53,127 nucleotides of DNA from a virus (lineage: Duplodnaviria; Caudoviricetes): positions 1 to 53,127 of IMG/VR virus record IMGVR_UViG_3300044675_006021; one strand, given 5' to 3'. Positions within the stretch are counted from its first letter, which is position 1. The number at the start of each line of letters is the position of its first letter. The position numbers were made by a program, and so were the translations under genes. This document shows, piece after piece, positions 18,205-27,172 of this stretch. The notes below the pieces were generated by a model, which saw only the letters and a list, made by a program, of their open reading frames with translations, made no database searches and was not told the origin of the DNA.

Positions 18205-18365
18205 AAAACAACGTCCGCCAAATGTTAAAAAACGTCATTGAAGAAAACGCAGTTGGATTTAAGTCCAGCACCTCTCGCGTTTTATATGGAAAAATGGCAA
18301 CTAGATTGCAAGAGCAATATAAGTCAGTTGCAAAAAACGTAATGGGAAAGATCAATAAGCAATGA
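18201..18365 (+). CDS. Small prohead core protein (gp67-like), 54 aa
   Basis: Not in the ORF track. Reads MKNNVRQMLKNVIEENAVGFKSSTSRVLYGKMATRLQEQYKSVAKNVMGKINKQ* with ATGA overlaps at both ends. Confidence 0.7.
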   Translation: MKNNVRQMLKNVIEENAVGFKSSTSRVLYGKMATRLQEQYKSVAKNVMGKINKQ

Positions 18366-19006
18366 AGCTCATCACAGAACTCAACGAAGATGTAAAGTAC
18401 ATCAAGGAAAATGTCGGAAACGGTGAAAAAGCATATTTCATCGAAGGCATTTTCATGCAATCCAACGTAAAGAACCGCAATGGCCGTTTATACCCACAAA
18501 ATACATTGCTCAAGGAATGCAAAAGATACATCAATGAGTATGTGAATAAAGGCCGTGCTCTCGGAGAGCTAAACCACCCAACTGGCCCAACTGTTAATTT
18601 GGATCGTGTTTCTCACATCGTAAAAGAACTTCACGAAGACGGGAACAATGTCTATGGTAAGGCTAAGATCATGGACACGCCAACCGGCAAAATTGTTAAA
18701 AATTTGATTGACGAGGGAGCCCAACTCGGTGTATCAACGCGTGGAATGGGTTCTTTGTCAAAGAAAAATGGCTACCAAGAGGTCCAAGAAGACTTCATGC
18801 TTGCCGCAATTGATATTGTTGCCGATCCTTCAGCACCAAATGCTTTCGTAAATGGAATCATGGAAGGCCGCGATTGGATGTTGATCGAGGGAGTATGGCA
18901 AGAAAAAGAAGCAGCTGAGGCGAGAAAGCTTATCAGACGTTCTTCTAGCAGAAACCTTAATCAAAATATTGTCAAGGTATTCAACGATTACTTTAAAAAC
19001 CTATAA
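18362..19006 (+). CDS. gp21: Prohead protease gp21
   Basis: MKLITE, IEGIFMQ, NRNGR.YP, ALGELNHP, GVSTRGMGS and DIVADPSAPNAFV motifs. Confidence 0.97.
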   Translation: MKLITELNEDVKYIKENVGNGEKAYFIEGIFMQSNVKNRNGRLYPQNTLLKECKRYINEYVNKGRALGELNHPTGPTVNLDRVSHIVKELHEDGNNVYGKAKIMDTPTGKIVKNLIDEGAQLGVSTRGMGSLSKKNGYQEVQEDFMLAAIDIVADPSAPNAFVNGIMEGRDWMLIEGVWQEKEAAEARKLIRRSSSRNLNQNIVKVFNDYFKNL

Positions 19007-19014
19007 GAACTTTA

Positions 19015-19719
19015 ATGTTTTCAGAACAAACAAAAAAATATTTACTTGAGGGTCTTAATAAAAATCTGACCGAAAATATTCATTGTGAGTTTTTAAGGGA
19101 TGTTAGAGTTATCAATGAAGTTACTGGGCCGGGTGGTGGTGCAGGTGTCGGTGGTCCAGCACCATCATCAGCAAAAAAATCTAAAAAAGCTTCTGATCCA
19201 GCTCCCGAAGAAAGTGAAGAAACCCGCGAAGTGGGCGACAGCGAAATGGATCAAAATATCCTATTCGGAGATTCTAACATAAACTGGGCCGGTGCCATGG
19301 GTATGTACGCAGGTGGTAAAGCTCTTGAACAGCTTGCAGACATGGCTGAAACAGGAGTTGGAAAATTTGCAAGCGGTGCCGTAGCCAAGGGATTAAAATA
19401 TCTTCCCAAATCTATAACTAACCTACCCATTCTTGGGCCTGCAGCAAAATTTGCAGCTGGTCTGCCACCACAGCTGGCAGGAGCCATGCTTAGAAATCTA
19501 GCAGATTTGAGTGGCGCAAACATGTTCGATGCCAATGTTAAAAATATTGGTACAGGACAGCTGGGTCTAAGCGTTCAAGGTGCAGGTAAACCATTCGTTC
19601 CAATTCAAGTACCGAAGGGCGTTGAACGTGGCGATTCTCCTGCTGATAGAGCCTTGGCAGCAGCCAAGAGAGAAGAAGAGGCCAAGAAATACCGTGGCCT
19701 GGGTTATTCAATACCTTAA
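19015..19719 (+). CDS. Gly/Ala/Pro-rich hypothetical protein, possible internal head protein
   Basis: 234-aa ORF between gp21 and gp22, with N-terminal LLE/LTE/INE motifs. Confidence 0.7.
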   Translation: MFSEQTKKYLLEGLNKNLTENIHCEFLRDVRVINEVTGPGGGAGVGGPAPSSAKKSKKASDPAPEESEETREVGDSEMDQNILFGDSNINWAGAMGMYAGGKALEQLADMAETGVGKFASGAVAKGLKYLPKSITNLPILGPAAKFAAGLPPQLAGAMLRNLADLSGANMFDANVKNIGTGQLGLSVQGAGKPFVPIQVPKGVERGDSPADRALAAAKREEEAKKYRGLGYSIP

Positions 19720-19731
19720 ATTTAAAATTCT

Positions 19732-19739
19732 ACTAAATA
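19732..19739 (+). promoter_or_regulatory. Late promoter ACTAAATA
   Basis: Upstream of gp22, followed by ATTT and an AAGGA SD. Confidence 0.7.
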
Positions 19740-19760
19740 ATTTACAAGGATTCCTTTACT

Positions 19761-20771
19761 ATGAAAAACAAAAAGAAATATATTTCAGAAGCTGCCGCAG
19801 AAGCCATGGGGCTTGGTAGCTATGCACAAGATGCAACCGGAAAAGGTGACTTTGATCTTCAAGGTCGTGGTTCAATGATCGCTCAACCCGCAATTTCTGC
19901 TCCACCCGCAGCTACCCCCACAGCTCCAATGGCAATGGCTGGTGCTTCCGAGGAGATGGAAGAAGAAGAGGGTGAAGAGGGCGGCGAAGATGAACTTCTC
20001 GTCAAGCCAACCCCAACTTCAATGCCATACGAGACCACTGAAGAAGTAAAACACCAATTCCGCAATGCTTTGGTTTCTCTATTGGGCGAAGATGTCGATG
20101 CTTCTCTCATCACACAACTAGAGGCTGTCTTTGAGGCTGCTGTTTCTGATCGTGTTGAGAAAACCGTTGCACACATCGTTGAAAACGTAGATGGCAACGT
20201 CAAAGAATATCTCGAAAACGTAACAGAATCATTGGTTGAAAAAGTCGATGATTATCTGGATTACGTCGTTGAAGAATGGATGACCGAGAATGCTGTTGCT
20301 GTTGAGCAAGGCATCAAGACTCAGATTGCCGAAAACTTCATCCATGGCCTCAAGAACCTCTTCGAAAATCACTACATTGATGTTCCTTCGGAGAAGTATA
20401 ACGTTCTTGACGATCTCTATGCACAAAACAGAGAACTTGAGAACAAACTCAACGAGTCCGTCAAGTACAACATGAACCTCAAGAAGGAAATTGAGCTAAC
20501 TGAATGTGCCGGTATCTTTGTCGCGGAAACCCGTGATTTGGCCGACACCCAAGTTGCCAAGCTCCAAAGCTTGATGGAAAACGTTAACTTCACAACCTCA
20601 GAAGAATATCGTGAAAAGCTTGTTGCAATTCGTGAAAATTACATGTCTTCACGTCCCATGCCAGCAAGAACCATCGAGCCAGAACAATCTTTTGCTCCAG
20701 TAAAGCAAATCCCCACAACCTTGGTTGAGGGCTATGCTGGCGCAATCGGTAGACTTAATAAAAAGATCTAA
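19761..20771 (+). CDS. gp22: Prohead core scaffold gp22
   Basis: FEAAV, EKVD.YLDYVVEEWM.EN..AVE.GIK and GLK.LFE.HYIDVP.EK motifs. Confidence 0.95.
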   Translation: MKNKKKYISEAAAEAMGLGSYAQDATGKGDFDLQGRGSMIAQPAISAPPAATPTAPMAMAGASEEMEEEEGEEGGEDELLVKPTPTSMPYETTEEVKHQFRNALVSLLGEDVDASLITQLEAVFEAAVSDRVEKTVAHIVENVDGNVKEYLENVTESLVEKVDDYLDYVVEEWMTENAVAVEQGIKTQIAENFIHGLKNLFENHYIDVPSEKYNVLDDLYAQNRELENKLNESVKYNMNLKKEIELTECAGIFVAETRDLADTQVAKLQSLMENVNFTTSEEYREKLVAIRENYMSSRPMPARTIEPEQSFAPVKQIPTTLVEGYAGAIGRLNKKI

Positions 20772-20782
20772 AATTTCACTTT

Positions 20783-20790
20783 ACTAAATA
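20783..20790 (+). promoter_or_regulatory. Late promoter ACTAAATA
   Basis: Upstream of gp23, followed by an AGGAG SD. Confidence 0.75.
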
Positions 20791-20820
20791 ATTTTAACTC
20801 ACTAGGAGATTACTACTACA

Positions 20821-22272
20821 ATGAACTTTCAAGACAACACACCATATGATGTCCTAACTGAAAAGTGGGACCCAGTCCTCAATCACGAGGCACTTCCATC
20901 CATTAAGGATGACTATCGTAAGAAGGTTACTGCCGTTCTTCTCGAGAACCAAGAGCAAGCCCTTCGTCAACAACATCTAGTCGAAGACATGGGTGGCAAC
21001 GCCAACCTCGGCGGTCCAGCCACCTCTACTGGTTATAACACCGGTAGCGTCTCAGGTTACGATCCAGTACTCATTTCATTGATCCGTCGTTCCATGCCAA
21101 ACCTCATGGCTTACGACATCTGCGGCGTTCAGCCAATGACTGCCCCAACCGGCTTGATCTTTGCAATGCGTTCGCAATATCAATTTGCTGGTACCGGTAG
21201 AACCTACGGTCAATCCGGCTACGCTGAAGCTATGTTCCAAGAGCCACAACCATCTTACGGTGGTTCTGGTTGGACCTTGCCAGCTGGCTACAACGGTTTG
21301 TCTGCTGGCTTCAACCTCACCTACGGTGCTAGCGGATCGGTTGTTCCTAACGCAGCTTCCTTGACTGCTCTCCGTGGTATCCTCACCTCAAACGGTGAAG
21401 GCATCGGAAACAACACCGTTGTTGGTGCATCTGGATTCTATCAACCAAATAGTGCAAACTATTATGGTACCTGGAACCAAATGTCGTTCTCCATCGACCG
21501 TGTTGCAGTACAAGCTCGTACCCGCGCTCTGTCCAGCAACTACACCGTCGAATTGGCACAAGACCTCAAGGCTGTTCACGGATTGGATGCCGAAGCCGAA
21601 CTCGCAAATCTCCTCAGCACAGAAATTCTTGCTGAAATCAACCGCGAGATCGTCAAGACCATCTATTACGTCGCCAAGCCAGGTTCACAACAAGGTGATA
21701 TCACCACCAGAGGTGTTTATGACCTTGATCAAGACTCAGACGGTCGTTGGTCTGCTGAACGCTTCCGTGGCCTTAGCTTCCAAATCGAGCGTGAGTGCAA
21801 CCAAATTGCCAAGGAAACCCGCCGTGGTAAGGGCAACTTCATCATCTGCGATAGCGATACCGCAGCTGCCCTCGCTATGTCTGGCTTCATGAGCCTCAGC
21901 CCAGCAATTGCTCCACAAATCAATGCTGATGATACTCAAAGCACCTTCGCAGGTATCTTGAGTGGTAAGATCCGCGTCTACATCGACCCATATAGCCCAG
22001 CCGGATTCAACTTCTTCGTTGCCGGTTATAAGGGTGAGTCGCCATATGACGCTGGTCTCTTCTACTGCCCATACGTTCCGCTACAAATGGTACGTGCAGT
22101 CGATCCTAACACTTTCCAGCCACGCATTGCGTTCAAGACCCGTTACGGTGTTGTTGCTAACCCATTCGTTCTCAACAGCAACAACGTTCCAGACGCTGAT
22201 ACCCTCACCGCTGGATTGAACCAATACTACCGCTTGACTGCAATCACACACCTCCACGGTAACACCATCTAA
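20821..22272 (+). CDS. gp23: Major capsid protein gp23
   Basis: LLENQE, DPVLISLIRR.MPNL.AYDICGVQPM..PTGLIFAMR, ELAQDLKAVHGLDAEAEL, YCPYVPLQM and FQP.I.FKTRYG motifs. Confidence 0.98.
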   Translation: MNFQDNTPYDVLTEKWDPVLNHEALPSIKDDYRKKVTAVLLENQEQALRQQHLVEDMGGNANLGGPATSTGYNTGSVSGYDPVLISLIRRSMPNLMAYDICGVQPMTAPTGLIFAMRSQYQFAGTGRTYGQSGYAEAMFQEPQPSYGGSGWTLPAGYNGLSAGFNLTYGASGSVVPNAASLTALRGILTSNGEGIGNNTVVGASGFYQPNSANYYGTWNQMSFSIDRVAVQARTRALSSNYTVELAQDLKAVHGLDAEAELANLLSTEILAEINREIVKTIYYVAKPGSQQGDITTRGVYDLDQDSDGRWSAERFRGLSFQIERECNQIAKETRRGKGNFIICDSDTAAALAMSGFMSLSPAIAPQINADDTQSTFAGILSGKIRVYIDPYSPAGFNFFVAGYKGESPYDAGLFYCPYVPLQMVRAVDPNTFQPRIAFKTRYGVVANPFVLNSNNVPDADTLTAGLNQYYRLTAITHLHGNTI

Positions 22273-22309
22273 TAGATGGTAGGTTAAGGGAAAGTAAGTA
22301 AACCTTTCG

Positions 22310-22343
22310 AGACCTCCCCAGAAATGGGGAGGTCTTTGCTTTT
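22310..22343 (+). terminator. Rho-independent terminator after gp23
   Basis: AGACCTCCCCA-GAAA-TGGGGAGGTCT followed by TTGCTTTT. Confidence 0.9.
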
Positions 22344-22344
22344 A

Positions 22345-22352
22345 CATAAATA
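22345..22352 (+). promoter_or_regulatory. Late promoter CATAAATA
   Basis: Immediately after the terminator, 5 nt before the gp3 ATG. Confidence 0.75.
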
Positions 22353-22357
22353 ATTTT

Positions 22358-22882
22358 ATGAGTTGCATTCCAAACATCAATCCACTCTACAATACGTACT
22401 TTACTTTGTTTTTTGGTAGAGGAACGAAGCAGTTTGAATTAAATTGCCAAAAAGCAAATTTGCCGGGATGCACGGTTCCCGACGTAAATCAACCAACCAT
22501 TTTGGGAACAACCATTCCAGTACCCACCATGCAATTCAACTATGAAACTTTAAATGTTGAGTTTATAGTTGATTCAAATTTAAATAACTGGAAGGCCATA
22601 TATTCTTGGATGAGAAATTTGGCAAATATTGAAAACGATGAAGAATTTAATTTAGATTACCAGGATTGGCATCACCAGGCAACCTTGACTCTCTATGATC
22701 CTTCAAACCAATGCCCTGTTTTAAATGTTAGATTTTATTACATTGTTCCGGTAAAATTAAGTGGTCTTGTTTTCCAAGTTGACAGCGCAGATGCTTTGAT
22801 TCAAAAAGCAACATGTCAGTTCAAATATTCTTACTATGATTTGTGCCCGGATGCCCCAGCAGATCTAAAAAATCAAAATTAA
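22358..22882 (+). CDS. gp3: Tail tube terminator/completion protein gp3
   Basis: CQ.ANLPG, Y..L.V.FIVD..L.NW..IY.WM, P..LSGL.F and F.YSYY motifs. Confidence 0.9.
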   Translation: MSCIPNINPLYNTYFTLFFGRGTKQFELNCQKANLPGCTVPDVNQPTILGTTIPVPTMQFNYETLNVEFIVDSNLNNWKAIYSWMRNLANIENDEEFNLDYQDWHHQATLTLYDPSNQCPVLNVRFYYIVPVKLSGLVFQVDSADALIQKATCQFKYSYYDLCPDAPADLKNQN

Positions 22883-23565
22883 AAGTAATCCATAGGGTTA
22901 TCTGACCAACCTTCAGCAGAGTTGGGGTCTGCATCTGGTTTAAAAGGTATCTCAGAGCTGCTAGGATTGATTATACGGCGTTTCTTCTTGCGGGATGGCT
23001 TCGGAGACTCTTTTGGTTCCGGAAGGCTTATAGGGCTTTCTGGCTCACTTTCTTCGCTTTCAGCCGCAGCCTCTTCTTCCTCTATTTCATCCAAAATTTC
23101 ATTCATAACCCCATCGGCTTCAAAATTTTCAATAAGATCATTTACAAATTCAACAAAGTCTTCATTGTTAAAAAGATCATTTAAAAGTTTTAATCCACTT
23201 TCCAAAGATTCATTTCCTTCGGGCATTGAGCTTACAACAGCTGCAGGATCATTTTGCATTGCCATAAAATAAATTTCATACATCTTCTCAAGATCCATTG
23301 CTGGTTGGCCAATGTATAATATTGCAGTTCTTGAAACAGATATTTCATGGCCCTTTATACTGGCCAAATAATTTGTTAATTTTACGTATTCAACAATATT
23401 GCCTTCGGGATCCTTACTATTGTAAAGTTCCATCTTTGCTGGCAATTTAATTGTTATCTTTTCGGGCATTGCTTCGCAAACCATTCCAATGAGTTCTTCA
23501 CCGGTGATAAGCTTTACAACTCTGAGTACGCCCGAGAATGAGTTCTCAGGAAGTGAATCGGACAT
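22879..23565 (-). CDS. Conserved T4-like hypothetical protein downstream of uvsW, with acidic C-terminal tail
   Basis: N-terminal VKL.TGEELIG motif typical of the gene following uvsW; strong GGAGG SD. Confidence 0.7.
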   Translation of the reverse strand: MSDSLPENSFSGVLRVVKLITGEELIGMVCEAMPEKITIKLPAKMELYNSKDPEGNIVEYVKLTNYLASIKGHEISVSRTAILYIGQPAMDLEKMYEIYFMAMQNDPAAVVSSMPEGNESLESGLKLLNDLFNNEDFVEFVNDLIENFEADGVMNEILDEIEEEEAAAESEESEPESPISLPEPKESPKPSRKKKRRIINPSSSEIPFKPDADPNSAEGWSDNPMDYF

Positions 23566-23586
23566 AAGTATGTCCTCCCTTCCCTA

Positions 23587-25086
23587 TTATTTATCTTTTG
23601 GTAGTTCCATCGACACTATCTTGTAATCAAACTTTTCTTTCTTGTATATCTTTATGCGTTCTTCAAAATGCTTGAATACGTGATTTTTGTATGACTTAGT
23701 GCAAAGATCGTCAACAATGTCAAAAACCTTGAGTGTTTTCTTTCGTGCAGATACACGCAAGCCTCTTCCGATGCTTTGCAGCAATCGTATTACTGACTTA
23801 GTAGGTGACGCAAAAATAATATTGTCGAGATTAACAATGTTGATGCCAGCACTAGTAGTACCATAACTGGCAACAAGGATCGCATTTTTTTCCGTGTCGA
23901 TGACACGGCGGATGTATTCTCTTGCGTCTGCATCCGTTTTTCCGTAGATAAGATATACTTTTCTATCGCCAGCCGCTGCCTTAAGGAGAGAGTACAGGGG
24001 CTTTCCTTGTCCTTCGACATAGTTGAAGAGGACAAGGGTGTTTCCTTTGGTGCTGAGTGCGAGGTCTCGGATGAACTCATTGCGCCTATCATTACTTATC
24101 AACCACTTGATTTCATCTGGGTATCGTTGCTTTTTTAGCAACTCTTTTTCAGCTTCGGTGTACTTCAACAGTATGGCGTCGATTCCAAGTGTGGCAAGCA
24201 ATCCCTTATTCATGAGATTCTTGGTCTGTATGAACTGTACAGCTGGGCCAAGAATGCCTTCAATGCTGAGACGATGTGCTTGTGCTTGATCCAAGGTTCC
24301 TGTTGTACCGATGCGGAACCAAGCCTTTGACATCTTTTGTCCAATCATGTTTATGGATTCGGCCTTGGCTTGGTGGCATTCATCGAAGATCACAGCATCA
24401 AATTGGTCAAACCATTCTCTGGGCAATTTGTATACGGATTGCCAAGTCGAAACAATTATTTGCTTATTTGTTTCCTTCTCCGCTCCAGCGCTGATCTTGT
24501 GTACTGACTTCCTGCAATTCCACTTGGGATCGTTCTTTGAATAGTCAAAGAAGTCAGACTCCATCTGGTTTACCAGTCCCACCGTGGGGACCAGAATCAA
24601 TATTTTTCTGTCTGATTTTATTACGGATAGTAGCCAACGGAGCAAGACGTATATTATCAAACTTTTTCCAGATCCTGTTGGGGATATAATCACGCAACGG
24701 TGATTGTTTATAGCGTGGATGATTGCTTGTGACTGATGTGGATGCATTTGTATAATAGACTTTTTCACCGTCACATTTAGTCCAGTATAAAGGGTAGCAA
24801 GTTCCTCCTGTGTTATGCATAGGTCTTTTTTGCTTTCTTTGAAAGAAATGGAATACTTGCGTTCATCCGCAAACTTTTTTAAATAAGTCTTCAAGCCCCG
24901 GGGAAGGGTGGATGTAAGGATATCATACAGACGAATTTTGCCATCCCATATTCTGCGTTTGAACATGGGCATATATTGGGCGCCAGGAACCATGAAGGAA
25001 AAATAATCCCTCAGTTCCTTCTTTATCGCGTTGTCTGTCTTGATGTAGTAACGAACTTCATCATTAGATTCAACTTCAATATCCAC
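23587..25086 (-). CDS. uvsW: DNA helicase UvsW (SF2)
   Basis: WDGKIRL, SPTGSGKS, DECH, GTTGTL and LQSIGRGLR motifs. Confidence 0.96.
   Translation of the reverse strand: MDIEVESNDEVRYYIKTDNAIKKELRDYFSFMVPGAQYMPMFKRRIWDGKIRLYDILTSTLPRGLKTYLKKFADERKYSISFKESKKDLCITQEELATLYTGLNVTVKKSIIQMHPHQSQAIIHAINNHRCVIISPTGSGKSLIIYVLLRWLLSVIKSDRKILILVPTVGLVNQMESDFFDYSKNDPKWNCRKSVHKISAGAEKETNKQIIVSTWQSVYKLPREWFDQFDAVIFDECHQAKAESINMIGQKMSKAWFRIGTTGTLDQAQAHRLSIEGILGPAVQFIQTKNLMNKGLLATLGIDAILLKYTEAEKELLKKQRYPDEIKWLISNDRRNEFIRDLALSTKGNTLVLFNYVEGQGKPLYSLLKAAAGDRKVYLIYGKTDADAREYIRRVIDTEKNAILVASYGTTSAGINIVNLDNIIFASPTKSVIRLLQSIGRGLRVSARKKTLKVFDIVDDLCTKSYKNHVFKHFEERIKIYKKEKFDYKIVSMELPKDK
23588..23595 (-). promoter_or_regulatory. 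Late promoter-like GATAAATA
   Basis: Overlaps the uvsW stop, upstream of the SD of the next gene. Confidence 0.5.
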
Positions 25087-25090
25087 ATAA

Positions 25091-25098
25091 TATTTAGA
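25091..25098 (-). promoter_or_regulatory. Late promoter TCTAAATA
   Basis: 4 nt before the uvsW GTG start. Confidence 0.6.
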
Positions 25099-25531
25099 CC
25101 ACGCCGTTCATCATTTTATGCCACTCTATGGCTGACTTGATGGCAAAGTTTCTATTGTTGAGTGAACGCAAAAATTCCTCAACCATTTTTAGTTTTACTT
25201 CGCTCACGGCAATTTTAGATTTTAATTCAATAACCTTTGGATCAGCTTCCACAAACTGTTCCACATCACTCTTTAGTAGGGTTAGGTCAGAAGGATCTTC
25301 TCCCCATGATTCCAACTCCTCTTGGGAGGCTTTACCTGTATAAATTTTCCACTTGCGCAACTTTAGGATTGCCAAGTCATGCTGTTGTTTGGTCAAAAGT
25401 AATTTGACATCTGATAATATCGTAAGATACTTCGAGTGTATTTGAGGTATCTTAAGAGACTCTATTCCTAACTCTGTAGAGTCTATTTGAGAGTCTTTAG
25501 TAATAAGTTCTTTAAGGTTCTCTAGATTCAT
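25094..25531 (-). CDS. uvsY: Recombination mediator UvsY
   Basis: D..ID...L..ESLKIPQ.H.KY, Y.GKA, D and I.N..R.F.IK.AIEW motifs. Confidence 0.92.
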   Translation of the reverse strand: MNLENLKELITKDSQIDSTELGIESLKIPQIHSKYLTILSDVKLLLTKQQHDLAILKLRKWKIYTGKASQEELESWGEDPSDLTLLKSDVEQFVEADPKVIELKSKIAVSEVKLKMVEEFLRSLNNRNFAIKSAIEWHKMMNGVV

Positions 25532-25543
25532 CTTTTATAGATT

Positions 25544-25610
25544 ACTCTATAGTATACTCTAGATAATGTCAAATAAATATATTTGACTTTTAGTTTATAC
25601 AAATTATATT
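25544..25610. promoter_or_regulatory. Divergent sigma70-like promoters between uvsY and the glycosylation island
   Basis: Plus strand TTGACT-16-TATATT; minus strand TTGACA-17-TAGAGT. Confidence 0.55.
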
Positions 25611-25625
25611 GACTGTGAGGAATTT

Positions 25626-26261
25626 ATGATCATTGATTTACGAGAGATACCAGTTGTTTGGATAAATTTAGATTCAGCAACTAAAAATGCCGAATCCATG
25701 GAAGCAAAATTAAAAGAACATGGATTCAAACAAACCTATAGAAAATCTGCTAGGATTATACCAGCACCACCGGGAACAATCCCCAGTAATGCACATTATG
25801 TAGGTTGTGCCCAATCACATATTGATATTTTGGCTGATTCTGCATATGGTTCTCCCCTGCTTATTTTGGAGGACGATGCAGAATTTTCACAAAATTTTCA
25901 ACCTATTATCGACATACCAGATGATTCTGACGGGATCTACCTCGGTGTTTCTAGTGGAAACAGGGGTTATCAGACCAAACAATACAATGACCATTATATG
26001 AGAATTGGTGGTATTTTGGCTACCCATGCAATTCTATATGTAAATGACAAGTTTAAAATGACGATGGCGCAGGCAGCGATCCACTGCATTGAAGACTTAA
26101 AACAACCTTGGGATATGGGCGCAGCCTCAGTCCAGTTTCACACCAGAGTCTATACACCAAACAGACCTTATTTTTACCAATCAGATGAACGTCAGTCGGC
26201 CAATAAATGGCAATATTTTACTGATGTTGGTTTAGAAAATAGAAATTCTCCTTACCTATGA
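25626..26261 (+). CDS. Glycosyltransferase, GT25-like
   Basis: WINLD, GCAQSH, LILEDDA and THAILY motifs. Confidence 0.85.
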   Translation: MIIDLREIPVVWINLDSATKNAESMEAKLKEHGFKQTYRKSARIIPAPPGTIPSNAHYVGCAQSHIDILADSAYGSPLLILEDDAEFSQNFQPIIDIPDDSDGIYLGVSSGNRGYQTKQYNDHYMRIGGILATHAILYVNDKFKMTMAQAAIHCIEDLKQPWDMGAASVQFHTRVYTPNRPYFYQSDERQSANKWQYFTDVGLENRNSPYL

Positions 26262-27172
26262 AAATATTAATAACTGGTGGTTGTGGGTTTATTGGAAGCC
26301 ATTTGGTAGAAGAGTTGGCTAAACAAAATTATAATCTTATTGTTGTAGATGATTTATCTGCCAACAATGATCAATTTTATTTTTTAAAACAAGATAACGT
26401 CGAATACCATAAATTCGATATCGCAGACGAATCTAATTTTGAAATACTAAAAACCATTGCCAAAGATTGTAAATTTGTTTTTCATCTAGCTGCAGAAACT
26501 AGGATTCAAGACACAATAAACAACCCCAAAAAAACAATCCAAACAAATATTTTGGGAACGTTCTACATCTTAGAGTTGTGCATACAGCTTGGCGTAAAAG
26601 GTCTTTTGTTTTCTTCTACTTCTTCGGTATATGGGTTAACAGAAAATACACCGATTACAGAAAATGAAAAAGAATCGTGTTTAAATCCATACGCTTCAAC
26701 CAAATACTCTGCAGAATTGTTGATAAAAAATTATAACAAACTATATGGTGTAAAATCTTGTATCTTTAGATACTTTAATGTATTTGGCGAAAGAGCCCCT
26801 GCAAAAGGTCCGTATTCTTTGGTCACAGGAATATTTTTAAGACAAAAAAATAACGGAGAACCACTTACCATAGTTGGCGACGGAACCCAAGAACGAGATT
26901 TTATTTATGTAAAAGATATTGTAGCTGCAAATATACTAGCTATGTCAAAGTGGGACACTGTTCCAGAAATCAGTGAAGCAAATGTTTTTAACATTGGATC
27001 AGAAAAAGCAATCACAGTAAAACAACTTGCAGACGCAATAAGCAGCAACCAGACACATGTCTCTCTAAGAAAAGGAGAGGCAAGAACTAATTTGTCGTCT
27101 TCCAATAAATTTAAGGTGTTGACTGGGTGGGTTGCAAAAACTGATATTTTAGACTGGATTAAAACTCAATGA
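26258..27172 (+). CDS. NAD-dependent nucleotide-sugar epimerase/dehydratase (GalE-like SDR)
   Basis: TGGCGFIG, HLAA, SSTSSVYG, YASTK, RYFNVFG and GDGTQERDFIYV motifs. Confidence 0.92.
   Translation: MKILITGGCGFIGSHLVEELAKQNYNLIVVDDLSANNDQFYFLKQDNVEYHKFDIADESNFEILKTIAKDCKFVFHLAAETRIQDTINNPKKTIQTNILGTFYILELCIQLGVKGLLFSSTSSVYGLTENTPITENEKESCLNPYASTKYSAELLIKNYNKLYGVKSCIFRYFNVFGERAPAKGPYSLVTGIFLRQKNNGEPLTIVGDGTQERDFIYVKDIVAANILAMSKWDTVPEISEANVFNIGSEKAITVKQLADAISSNQTHVSLRKGEARTNLSSSNKFKVLTGWVAKTDILDWIKTQ

Noticed and set aside
12166-22272. Introns or inteins in terminase, portal or capsid genes; stop-codon reassignment
   Set aside because: The genes are continuous and of normal length under the standard code, and all three stop codons are used as stops.
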